The position numbers were made by a program, and so were the translations under genes. This document shows, one piece after another, positions 28,515 to 36,795 of a stretch of DNA of 64,000 nt. The DNA comes from an uncultured Dehalococcoidales bacterium (GTDB lineage: Bacteria; Chloroflexota; Dehalococcoidia; Dehalococcoidales; E44-bin46): the NCBI GenBank assembly GCA_964627215.1, contig CAZVIZ010000001.1, positions 145,395 through 209,394 on the forward strand, given 5' to 3'. The notes under the pieces were generated by a model that did not search any database, had not been told where the DNA came from, and worked only from the letters and a program-made list of their open reading frames with translations. Numbering within the stretch: the stretch's first letter is position 1; each line of letters begins with the position of its first letter.

Positions 28515-29993
28515 TTACTCCAGCCACGGAGGTAGCACGAATTCCGCCCCTACCTCGTCAAGATACTTGTGGAAGGGGTCGACCCCATAGTAAGCCTGCA
28601 TATACTCTTCTGTTGGCATGTCGTAGATGTAGGTTATGACATCTTGAGGACCATCGGAAGTCGCCTTTATCTGACTGAACGTCATGCTGGTTCCGACGTC
28701 CTTGCCTTCTGGCCTGTTTTCTTTATCCCACTCTGTCATACCGTTTCTCCATACTGTCCGATCGGTACCACTCAGAGGAGATACGTTAAGGCCAGCAGGA
28801 CCCTGTGTCATGCCTGCCATGATTACGCGGTCTTCAGTGCCGATAGAAGTGCGCATGAACTGATCGATAATGCCTTCGTAATCCTCTACATCACCGACAG
28901 CTTCGACAGCTTGAGCCCAGAACATGACTGCATCATGCACTGCGTAGGCTTGACAGAAGCCAGGTTCCTCGCCAAAGGTGTCTATATACCTCTCCCTATA
29001 ATCAAATACGGTCTTAGTTGGGGGAGGCCCTTCACTAGTTTGCCAAAGTATGCCGATAGACTGGTCGCCAAGCATCTTCCGGAACTCGACGTTGGATGGA
29101 CAGTAATGGACAACAACTAGTGAATCGGACGGGTTGCTCAGGAACTGTCTTACGAATGCTACCCCTTCAGGAACCACAACGGTGCTGAAGAAGATGAACC
29201 CTGGGTTGTGCTCTCTGATCTTGGATAGCTGAACCCCAAACTCCTGGGTGCCGAACGGGTGCTCTTCGTCTACTACCACTTCCCACTCGGGATCCGCGTT
29301 TATCAGATCCCTTAACCCGGCCGAAATCTCCTGATTATAGGTTATCTGTGATGTCAGGATTGCCACAGTTTTGTTGGGATACTCGTATTCGTTTGGAATT
29401 GCCCTGGTCATGACCTCGTAGACATTCGGGCTATACGTGATGGAGGTGTCGTCAATCTGCAGTATGTTCCAGTACTTGTCCGGATTCGACGCCCACATCT
29501 CCGCAAACAGCTCTGTGGTGCCGTAATGGAGATAGGGAATACCACCGGTCTCCTCTGCGGCGAAAATGTCCATGAAGGCGGGATCTAGTCCGTAACCCGG
29601 CAGGAACAGGTCTACATCCTTTGTAAGCAGGTAGTCGCGAGCCGCAACCTGATCCACCGCTCCCCAATCTACTACGTCAGCGGTGACGTATTCCACAGGC
29701 CTTCCCAGCAAGCCGCCCCTGGCATTGAGGTCCTCAACGCCCAGGCTAAGTCCGCGTTCTATCTCTACGGCATCAGATGCTGGTGCCCCAGTGATAGGCA
29801 AAGGTGCTCCGATTACTATCGGCTCTGGCGGTGCTTCGGTCGGCGGTGCCGTTTCGGTCGGCGGTGCCTCTTCGGTCGGCGGTGCTGCTTCCTGTTTTCC
29901 AGGCAAACAACCGCTAGTAAGAGGTACAATTATCGCCAGCGCTACTATTAGGCTGATGATAAACGCTTGTTTTAGTGCTAGTCTTCTCTTCAT
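28515..29993 (-). CDS. ABC transporter substrate-binding lipoprotein, Liv/Urt (HAAT) type, paralog 2
   Basis: Lipobox LTSGC followed by a Pro/Glu/Thr/Ala-rich linker. Paralog of 23501-24931. Confidence 0.75.
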   Translation of the reverse strand: MKRRLALKQAFIISLIVALAIIVPLTSGCLPGKQEAAPPTEEAPPTETAPPTEAPPEPIVIGAPLPITGAPASDAVEIERGLSLGVEDLNARGGLLGRPVEYVTADVVDWGAVDQVAARDYLLTKDVDLFLPGYGLDPAFMDIFAAEETGGIPYLHYGTTELFAEMWASNPDKYWNILQIDDTSITYSPNVYEVMTRAIPNEYEYPNKTVAILTSQITYNQEISAGLRDLINADPEWEVVVDEEHPFGTQEFGVQLSKIREHNPGFIFFSTVVVPEGVAFVRQFLSNPSDSLVVVHYCPSNVEFRKMLGDQSIGILWQTSEGPPPTKTVFDYRERYIDTFGEEPGFCQAYAVHDAVMFWAQAVEAVGDVEDYEGIIDQFMRTSIGTEDRVIMAGMTQGPAGLNVSPLSGTDRTVWRNGMTEWDKENRPEGKDVGTSMTFSQIKATSDGPQDVITYIYDMPTEEYMQAYYGVDPFHKYLDEVGAEFVLPPWLE

Positions 29994-30175
29994 CTAAACC
30001 CTCTAAAACCCCCTCTCAACTTCCTAATTTTATAACACACATCAATTATTACTCACTTTATATATGTTTTGTTCACTCCATATAGTGTCTCCTTTCTATT
30101 TTCTTTCTATTACGCAAAATTCCGGAATTCATTGCCTCGAATTCTCGGCTAAAAAGTCTATTCATTCTGTTTACC

Positions 30176-30206
30176 GTTGTTGGGGGGAGCGCCACCCCCC
30201 AACAAC
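30176..30206. other. perfect 12-bp inverted repeat GTTGTTGGGGGG-7 nt-CCCCCCAACAAC
   Basis: Read directly. It is followed by A7 on the plus strand and preceded by T7 on the minus strand. Confidence 0.5.
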
Positions 30207-30502
30207 AAAAAAACTAGAAGGAGGGATTGGGTTTGCTGATACGGTTCGGTTGCTCAACCGTAATCACCCAAGGCCTCCAGCTATTGGGTCAACTATATTT
30301 GTGTTATGGCTTTTTAGCATACCGAAGGACTATCCTTCTGCTTGCTTGTTTTTCCCTCCAGGACGCACCAAATCCGTCCGCCAAGCGTTTTGCCTCACAA
30401 AACGACCCTGAGACACACCGCAACGCAGCATTTGGATTGACCCCAGAACTTCCGAGTTTATTCACCATTCGCTTAAGCGAGATTAATCAATTACTGAAAT
30501 CT

Positions 30503-30752
30503 ATCACTCAGCAACAATCCTGTCAACCTAATGTCTAATAATGTCAACCCCTTATATGGGGGAAAACGAGCCCTAAAATCAGCTAAATTGTTTGAAATTT
30601 ATCACTCAGCAACAATCCTGTCAACCTAATGTCTAATAATGTCAACCCCTTATATGGGGGAAAACGAGCCCTAAAATCAGCTAAATTGTTTGAAATTTAT
30701 CACTTAATAATATTCTTGTCAAGTCTTCTGTTAATAATGCCAACCCCATAAT
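30503..30752. repeat. 98-bp tandem repeat: two identical units plus a degenerate third
   Basis: 30503-30600 and 30601-30698 are identical as read. 30699-30752 is a diverged partial unit. Each unit contains TGTCAAC twice (TTGACA on the minus strand). Confidence 0.9.
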
Positions 30753-30816
30753 GGCGTGGGTGGCAGTTTGTCAATGGGCTGGGGTGGTAAGTGTGAGCTT
30801 AGCTTACGTCCTTTGA

Positions 30817-31563
30817 CCTGGCTTTGCGGCCTGTCTCCGGGAGCATGAAGGCGAAACCTATGCTGGTCCCAGCCAGGGCAGTAAGGATGACGATATTCCG
30901 TCCGACATAAAGCCCGCCTGCGCCAGTTGCGAGCACTTCGTGCCCTTTAATGCCGATATGACCGTTGCCCTGGCGGGTGACCAGGATCTGGATTCCCAGT
31001 GCCTGGTGTATCTGAACACCGAGAAGGGTGAGGAGTTCGCCGATGGCCTGGACGCCGAGCGCGCCCAGGGTGAGGTGGAGTCGGAGGTTGTAAAGGGGCT
31101 TATAGAAAAGAGAGCGGCTCGTAAGAAGGATCTCTTTGACGAGCTCGGCAGTGATGTCTTCGACATACAGAAGGTCTTTGCTAAGTGTATCGGCTGTCAT
31201 GCTTGTAGCAAGGCTTGCCCCATATGTTATTGCCATGTATGCTACTTTGACTCCGGTGGCGATGACCACGATATGTCTTACTACGAGAAGAAGATGGAGA
31301 AAACAGGGTGTGCCGCCGTGTTGCCTGACCCCTTGTCATATCAGATGGTCAGGCTGTCGCATGTCAGTGCCTCCTGTGTGGGGTGCGGCCTGTGCGCCGA
31401 CGTGTGTCCTGTGGGTATCCCTCTGTGGGCCGTCTCACTGAGGGCCGGGGAATCGGTCCAGAAGGCGTTTGAATACGTGCCCGGCAGGGACCAGGAGGAG
31501 GGACTCCCCCTGGTGACCTTCAAGCCGGACGAATTCGACATGGCGGAGGTAAGCAAGGGCTGA
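30817..31563 (+). pseudogene. 5'-truncated 4Fe-4S protein gene (AsrA/HydB-like Fe-S subunit)
   Basis: CIGCHACSKACPICYCHVCYF and CVGCGLCADVCP cluster motifs. The reading frame stays open and protein-like (ACASCEHFVPFNAD...) back to a stop at 30814 with no ATG, GTG or TTG before 30940. It abuts the AT-rich region. Confidence 0.5.
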
Positions 31564-31587
31564 TTCGCTTAAAAGCCTAGCAATAGG

Positions 31588-31627
31588 GGGCTGGTCGTCC
31601 GCTCAAGACGGATGACCAGCCCTTTTT
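31588..31627 (+). terminator. rho-independent terminator
   Basis: GGGCTGGTCGTCCG-CTCAAGA-CGGATGACCAGCCC (14-bp stem with one G.U pair) followed by TTTTT. Confidence 0.8.
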
Positions 31628-31689
31628 AGCGTTTATAACTACCTCTCCGTCTAATTCTTACGATATGTTCTTTAGAATGCGGGAAAAGA

Positions 31690-31717
31690 TTTAATATAGA
31701 TTTAACACGACTTTAAT
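31690..31717 (+). promoter_or_regulatory. Pho-box-like direct repeats upstream of pstS
   Basis: TTTAAT, TTTAAC and TTTAAT start at 31690, 31701 and 31712 (11-bp period). The middle unit contains TTAACA, which matches the B. subtilis PhoP half-site TT(A/T/C)ACA. Confidence 0.35.
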
Positions 31718-31874
31718 CCTGCGGTAAAGCGGCACTGTTACCGTGAACGTTGATGACGGGGTATGGATTAAAGGGGATTTTTGGGCTTACAGGCGACAGC
31801 TGGGAAGCGGTTGCTGTAAGCCCGTTTATCTATTATATATAGAGAAGGTATGTAAATCAGAGAAGGGGGCGGAT

Positions 31875-32669
31875 ATGAGGAGCATGACGAAAAGATTTAT
31901 AGTGCCTCTGATAGTTTCGGTTGTAGCCGTATTAGCTCTGGGTGGATGTATGGGTGGTGGGAGAGGGGTGGTTACCGTTGGTGGCTCCACCACCGTTCAG
32001 CCCCTATCCGAGGTGTGGAGTGAGAAGTTCATGGAGCATAACCCCGGCGTCACCATCACCGTTCAGGGTGGCGGCTCCAGCGCCGGCGTCAAGGGCGTGG
32101 CCCAGGGTACCCTGGATATCGGCGCCGCTTCCAGAGAGATGACGTCCAGCGAGATTATCGATTACCCCAGCCTTCGGTCCCATCGCGTGGCTGCTGACGG
32201 TGTGGCTATCATAGTCCATCCCTCCGCCAGCGTTGCTGATATGACGCTGGAGGAGGTCAGGGATGTCTTTGTCGCCGGCTCCAACGATACCTGGACAGTG
32301 ATTAGCCGCGAGGCAGGCTCCGGCACCAGAGATGTCTTTGAGAATAAGGTCATGGGCGATGCTGAGATAGCGGCCAACACCGAGTTCCTGCCCGCCAACG
32401 GGGCCATAAAGCAGAAGGTGGCGGCTACAGAGAGCGCCATCGGCTACCTGTCTTTGGGCTACGTGGACTCGTCGGTCAAGGTGCTTATTATAAATGGAGT
32501 TGCCTGTAACGAGGCCAATATCCTGAGCGGCGCATACCCTGTTATGCGCTATCTTAACTATATTACCAAGGGAGAGCTTGAGGGCCTGGCTAAGGAGTAC
32601 ATGGACTTCTGCCTTAGCAGCGAGGGTCAGGGTATAGTGGCCGGGGAGGGCTATGTACCCCTGAAGTAA
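31875..32669 (+). CDS. pstS: phosphate ABC transporter substrate-binding protein
   Basis: GGSTTVQPL...GGGSSAGV...SREMT. ATG at 31875 gives a signal peptide with LALGGC. Confidence 0.9.
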   Translation: MRSMTKRFIVPLIVSVVAVLALGGCMGGGRGVVTVGGSTTVQPLSEVWSEKFMEHNPGVTITVQGGGSSAGVKGVAQGTLDIGAASREMTSSEIIDYPSLRSHRVAADGVAIIVHPSASVADMTLEEVRDVFVAGSNDTWTVISREAGSGTRDVFENKVMGDAEIAANTEFLPANGAIKQKVAATESAIGYLSLGYVDSSVKVLIINGVACNEANILSGAYPVMRYLNYITKGELEGLAKEYMDFCLSSEGQGIVAGEGYVPLK

Positions 32670-32707
32670 GTCTTTACCTTCTTAAACTTCCCTAATATAA
32701 TATGGCT

Positions 32708-32739
32708 GGTGGGGCGGTGTTGAAATACGCCGCCCCACC
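32708..32739 (+). other. intra-operon hairpin between pstS and pstC
   Basis: GGTGGGGCGG-12 nt-CCGCCCCACC, with no U-tract. Confidence 0.5.
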
Positions 32740-32763
32740 CTAGATGGTCTGTGAAGTAGAAGC

Positions 32764-33642
32764 ATGCCGATGAAGTTGGCGTCCCATTATCGTGCGGATT
32801 CTGCGGCCAGGCGCCTTGTTCTTATATCCGCTATAGTTTCCTTTGCAATTCTTATCTCCATAGCCATTTTTATTACACGTGCGAGCATACCTGCCTGGGG
32901 AGAGGTGGGTTTTGTAGATATAGTTCTAAACGCCAAGTGGTACCCCGGACGCGGGGATTTCGGCATACTTACCATGCTCGCTGGCTCCGCTGTGGCCACC
33001 TTGCTTGCCCTGGCGATAGCGGTGCCCCTTTCGCTGGGCACGGCCATATTCCTGGCCGAGGTAGCCCCGCCCAGGGTGCGCAATTTCGTCAAACCGGCCA
33101 TAGAGTTGCTGGTGGGCATACCATCGGTGGTCTATGGGTTGGTGGGGGTTATATTCCTGACGCCCATTATCGCAGATATAAGCGGACACGGCTCGGGCTC
33201 GTCCATTCTGGCAGCGGGTGTGATCTTGGCCATAATGATTCTGCCAACCGTGGCCAGCATAAGCGAGGATAGCCTGCGTGCCGTGCCCAAGCAATACAAA
33301 GAGGGTGCCTTGTCGCTGGGGGCTACCCATTGGCAGGCAATACGTCATGTAATGCTTCCCGCTGCTCGCCGCGGTATCGTGGCCGGCATCGTGTTGGGGT
33401 TGGGTAGGGCTATCGGCGAGACCATGGCTATGGTTATGGTCATCGGCAACTCACCCATATTCCCCACCAGCATCTTCAGCCCGGCCCGCACGCTCACGGG
33501 CAACATCGCCGTGGAGATAGCGGCTGCCACCGGTATACACGAGAGCGCCTTGTTTGCCACCGGCCTGGTGCTGTTCCTGCTGGTCATAGGTATAAACAGC
33601 GTGGGGCTTACAATAGCTTATAGGGGTAACAACCGTGCTTAA
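32764..33642 (+). CDS. pstC: phosphate ABC transporter permease PstC
   Basis: 292 aa polytopic protein in second position of the pst operon, with EAA-like loop SLGATHWQAIRHVMLP. Confidence 0.9.
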   Translation: MPMKLASHYRADSAARRLVLISAIVSFAILISIAIFITRASIPAWGEVGFVDIVLNAKWYPGRGDFGILTMLAGSAVATLLALAIAVPLSLGTAIFLAEVAPPRVRNFVKPAIELLVGIPSVVYGLVGVIFLTPIIADISGHGSGSSILAAGVILAIMILPTVASISEDSLRAVPKQYKEGALSLGATHWQAIRHVMLPAARRGIVAGIVLGLGRAIGETMAMVMVIGNSPIFPTSIFSPARTLTGNIAVEIAAATGIHESALFATGLVLFLLVIGINSVGLTIAYRGNNRA

Positions 33643-34486
33643 TATCTCGCCGAAGCGTGGGCAGAAGTACGCCTTTGCCTTTTCCTGGGCGGCGGGCATC
33701 TGCTCCGTTCTTATATTGCTGTTTCTGATTATATACGTGCTGGCCAAGGGCCTGCCAGTCATAAACCCAGAGTTCCTGCTCACCCCCCCGCGGGGTGGTT
33801 TGGCTGGAGAGGGGGGCATATCCACCGCCATCTTGGCCACATTCTGGCTTATCGGGGTAACTATGGCCATTCTGGTCCCGTTGGGGCTGGGGGCAGCCAT
33901 ATATCTGGCTGAATATGCCCCGGACAATCGCTTCACTCGCTTTATTCGCCGCAGTGTGGAACTGCTGGCGGGGGTGCCTTCCATAGTCTTTGGCCTGTTT
34001 GGCTTTGCCCTGTTCGTTCTGGCGCTCAGGTTCAACTACTCTATATTGTCCGGTGCCCTTACCATGGTGTGCTTGTTGCTACCCTTCCTGATGCGCACCG
34101 CGGAGGAGGCGATGAGGACGGTGCCCAAGTCGCAGCGCGAGGCCGCATTTTCGCTGGGGGCTACCAAGTGGCAGACCATAACGCGCGTGGTTCTGCCCGG
34201 AGCCCTGCCGGGTATCATAACCGGGGTTATACTGTGCGTGGGTGGGGTGGTGGCTGAGTCGGCTTGTCTCTTTGTGACCATGGGAGGGTCGTCGGCCATG
34301 CCCACCTCGCTGATGTCTGGAGGGCGCACCCTGGCGGTGCACGTATTCTACTTGGCCATGGAAACCAATGCCTTGGATAAGGCCCTGGCCACCGGCGCGG
34401 TGCTGATATTAATAATCCTGGCCATAAACTTCGTCACTAGGTGGACTTCCAACCGTATTCAGGCCAGAATGAGGGGGGAAGCTTAA
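33635..34486 (+). CDS. pstA: phosphate ABC transporter permease PstA
   Basis: 283 aa: REAAFSLGATKWQTITRVVLP. Confidence 0.9.
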   Translation: MLNISPKRGQKYAFAFSWAAGICSVLILLFLIIYVLAKGLPVINPEFLLTPPRGGLAGEGGISTAILATFWLIGVTMAILVPLGLGAAIYLAEYAPDNRFTRFIRRSVELLAGVPSIVFGLFGFALFVLALRFNYSILSGALTMVCLLLPFLMRTAEEAMRTVPKSQREAAFSLGATKWQTITRVVLPGALPGIITGVILCVGGVVAESACLFVTMGGSSAMPTSLMSGGRTLAVHVFYLAMETNALDKALATGAVLILIILAINFVTRWTSNRIQARMRGEA

Positions 34487-35242
34487 ATGGAAGCGAAGAT
34501 AAAGGTAACAAAGCTCAATTTCTTCTATGGGACTACTCAGTGTCTTAAGGATGTAACCATGGATATCCGTGACAGGCAGATAACAGCCCTGATAGGCCCA
34601 TCGGGTTGTGGCAAGACCACCTTCCTGCGCTCGCTTAACCGCATGAACGATATCATAGAGGGCGCCAAGCTGGAGGGCAAGGTCCTCTTAGACGGGCAGG
34701 ATATCTATGCCCCCGATGTGGAAGTGGTGGAGATTAGAAAGAGGGTGGGCATGGTGTTCCAGCAGCCCAACCCTTTCCCCATGTCCATATATGACAACGT
34801 TACCTTCGGCCCCAATATACTGGGTATCGGCGACAAGGCTCACCTGGACGAGCTGGTGGAGAGGAGCCTTCGCTCCGCTGCGCTTTGGGACGAGGTCAAG
34901 GACAGCCTAAACAAGTCGGGGTTGGCTCTCTCCGGCGGTCAGCAGCAGCGGTTGTGTATAGCACGCGTGCTGGCCGTGGATCCGGAGGTGATTATCATGG
35001 ACGAGCCCTGCTCGGCGCTGGACCCTCTCTCTACCCTTAAGATAGAGGATCTCATGCAGGAACTCAAAAAGGATTACACCATAGTTATCGTAACCCATAA
35101 CATGCAGCAGGCTGCCAGGGTTTCCGACTGGACTGGTTTCTTTCTTATGGGGCAACTGGTAGAATACGACGATACAAAAGAGATGTTTAGCAACCCCACC
35201 GACAAACGCACCGAGGATTATATAACAGGCCGTTTCGGCTGA
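34487..35242 (+). CDS. pstB: phosphate ABC transporter ATP-binding protein
   Basis: [19 protein letters not shown]...[13 protein letters not shown]...[10 protein letters not shown]. Confidence 0.95.
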   Translation: MEAKIKVTKLNFFYGTTQCLKDVTMDIRDRQITALIGPSGCGKTTFLRSLNRMNDIIEGAKLEGKVLLDGQDIYAPDVEVVEIRKRVGMVFQQPNPFPMSIYDNVTFGPNILGIGDKAHLDELVERSLRSAALWDEVKDSLNKSGLALSGGQQQRLCIARVLAVDPEVIIMDEPCSALDPLSTLKIEDLMQELKKDYTIVIVTHNMQQAARVSDWTGFFLMGQLVEYDDTKEMFSNPTDKRTEDYITGRFG

Positions 35243-35261
35243 TACGGGAGGAGGTCAGGAC

Positions 35262-35930
35262 ATGGAGATAAGGACCACATTTCACGGCGAGCTTGAGAGA
35301 ATACAGAACGACACGCTGGCTATGGGGAGCATGGTGGACAAGGCTCTCGCCCTCTCCATCAAGGCCCTCAAAGAGAGGGACCAGGTTCTGGCCGAGCGCA
35401 TAATAGCTGATGACGAGAAGATAAACCGGAAGCGGGCCGATATAGAGGAAAGATGTATAGAGCTTATCGCCACCCAACAGCCTATGGCCAGCGATCTGCG
35501 CGTAATCATCGGCGTGCTCCATATAGGCTCGGAGCTGGAGCGCATAGGGGATCATGCCGAGGGCATCGCCAAGATAGTGATTATGATAGGAGACGAGCCA
35601 CCCTTGAAGCCGCTTATAGATGTGCCCCGTATGGCGGCCAAGACCAGCAGCATGTTGCGCCGCAGCCTGGAGGCTTTCGTTAAGCGTGACGCCAAGGCTG
35701 CCAGGAAGATAAGCCGCGAGGATGACGTGGTGGACGAGCTCTACGACCAGGTGTTTCGGGAACTGCTCCTCTTTATGGCGGAGGATGTGAAGACAGTTAC
35801 CCGTGCTACCCGCCTGATATGGGTGGCGCATAACCTGGAACGCAGCGCCGACAGGGTGACAAATATCTGCGAGCAGGTAGTCTTTATAGCCACCGGCAAG
35901 ATTGATGATATAGAGGCGTCTAAGTACTAA
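35262..35930 (+). CDS. phoU: phosphate signalling regulator PhoU
   Basis: 222 aa with two PhoU repeats (ERIGDHAEGIAK / ERSADRVTNICE). Confidence 0.9.
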   Translation: MEIRTTFHGELERIQNDTLAMGSMVDKALALSIKALKERDQVLAERIIADDEKINRKRADIEERCIELIATQQPMASDLRVIIGVLHIGSELERIGDHAEGIAKIVIMIGDEPPLKPLIDVPRMAAKTSSMLRRSLEAFVKRDAKAARKISREDDVVDELYDQVFRELLLFMAEDVKTVTRATRLIWVAHNLERSADRVTNICEQVVFIATGKIDDIEASKY

Positions 35931-35937
35931 ACCCGCT

Positions 35938-36795
35938 TCACACGGCGGCTTCTATATTTTGCCACAGGTTTGATATGAGCCCGCCGATGCCGTTACGGGA
36001 GTATTCCACCACAGGCTGGCGCTTGACGAGCGCTTCTGTAACCACGGTATCAAAAGGTATTTCGGCGGCCACCTCTATGCCGTTTTTACGGCAGTATTCC
36101 TTTAGGGCAGCACTGTTTTCATGGTTCAGGTCGCACTTATTTATGCAGACCATCATCGGTACCTTAAAGTGATGGCAGACCTGGGCAACGCGCTCCAGGT
36201 CGTGGATGCCCGAAAGGGTGGGCTCGGTGACGATGACCGCTAGGTGCGCTCCTGATAGAGACGATATGACCGGGCAGCCGATGCCCGGAGGGCCGTCTGC
36301 TATGAGGTACTGCAAACCTTTCTCCTCGGCGACTTGGCGTGCCTTCTGCTTCACCAGGGCCACCAGCTTGCCGGAGTTCTCCTGCGCTACCCCCAGCTTG
36401 GCGTGAACCAGGGGTCCATAGCGCGTCTGGGAGAGATACCAATGCCCTGCCATGTTGTCGTGCATGGTTATGGCCTGGTTGGGGCAGATATTGTAGCAGA
36501 AACAGCACCCTTCGCAAGCAAGCGGGTTCACACGGTAGTCCTCCGTGACGGCGTCGAAGCGGCACACCTCCCGGCACAGCCCGCAGCGGGAGCATGTCTC
36601 CTGGTCTATCTCCGCGTTCTGCCCGGCGACGAACTCACTCTGCTGCTGGGAGGAGGGATTGAGGATAAGGTGCAGGTCAGCGGCATCTACGTCGCAGTCT
36701 GCCATTACCTTGTTCTGGGCCAGGGAAGCCAGCGAGGCGGTGATGATGGTCTTGCCCGTTCCGCCCTTGCCGCTTATGACTACTATCTCCTTCAT
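35938..36795 (-). CDS. MinD/ParA-superfamily P-loop ATPase with inserted 4Fe-4S ferredoxin domain (COG1149-like)
   Basis: MKEIVVISGKGGTGKT P-loop, plus CSRCGLCREVCRF and CEGCCFCYNICP clusters. ATG at 36795 overlaps the upstream stop (ATGA). Confidence 0.8.
   Translation of the reverse strand: MKEIVVISGKGGTGKTIITASLASLAQNKVMADCDVDAADLHLILNPSSQQQSEFVAGQNAEIDQETCSRCGLCREVCRFDAVTEDYRVNPLACEGCCFCYNICPNQAITMHDNMAGHWYLSQTRYGPLVHAKLGVAQENSGKLVALVKQKARQVAEEKGLQYLIADGPPGIGCPVISSLSGAHLAVIVTEPTLSGIHDLERVAQVCHHFKVPMMVCINKCDLNHENSAALKEYCRKNGIEVAAEIPFDTVVTEALVKRQPVVEYSRNGIGGLISNLWQNIEAAV

Noticed and set aside
30176-30206. The 12-bp perfect hairpin as a rho-independent terminator.
   Set aside because: The T-run precedes the stem on the minus strand and an A-run follows it on the plus strand, so neither orientation gives a stem followed by a U-tract.
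30000-30502. Guanidine-I (ykkC) or glutamine riboswitch in the transporter leader.
   Set aside because: I could not find the conserved cores (for example CTAGGGTTCCG ... ACGGCGGGA for ykkC) on either strand. The region is kept only as an unexplained structured leader.
30064-30538. Plus-strand ORFs of 115 and 103 aa.
   Set aside because: The sequences are unlike proteins (Cys/Phe/Leu/Pro-rich), have no ribosome-binding site and overlap each other. The region is better explained as non-coding.
30503-30752. Possible CRISPR array.
   Set aside because: The units are 98 bp and directly abutting, with no unique spacers. No cas genes are in the window.
30781-30805. Possible fourth, degenerate copy of the dnaN-end repeat (GGGGTGGTAAGTGTGAGCTTAGC versus CAGTGGTGAGTAAGCTTTAGC) that would close the whole accessory region.
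   Set aside because: The match needs two indels and several mismatches over about 20 nt, which I cannot distinguish from chance by eye. It is worth an alignment test but is not reportable.
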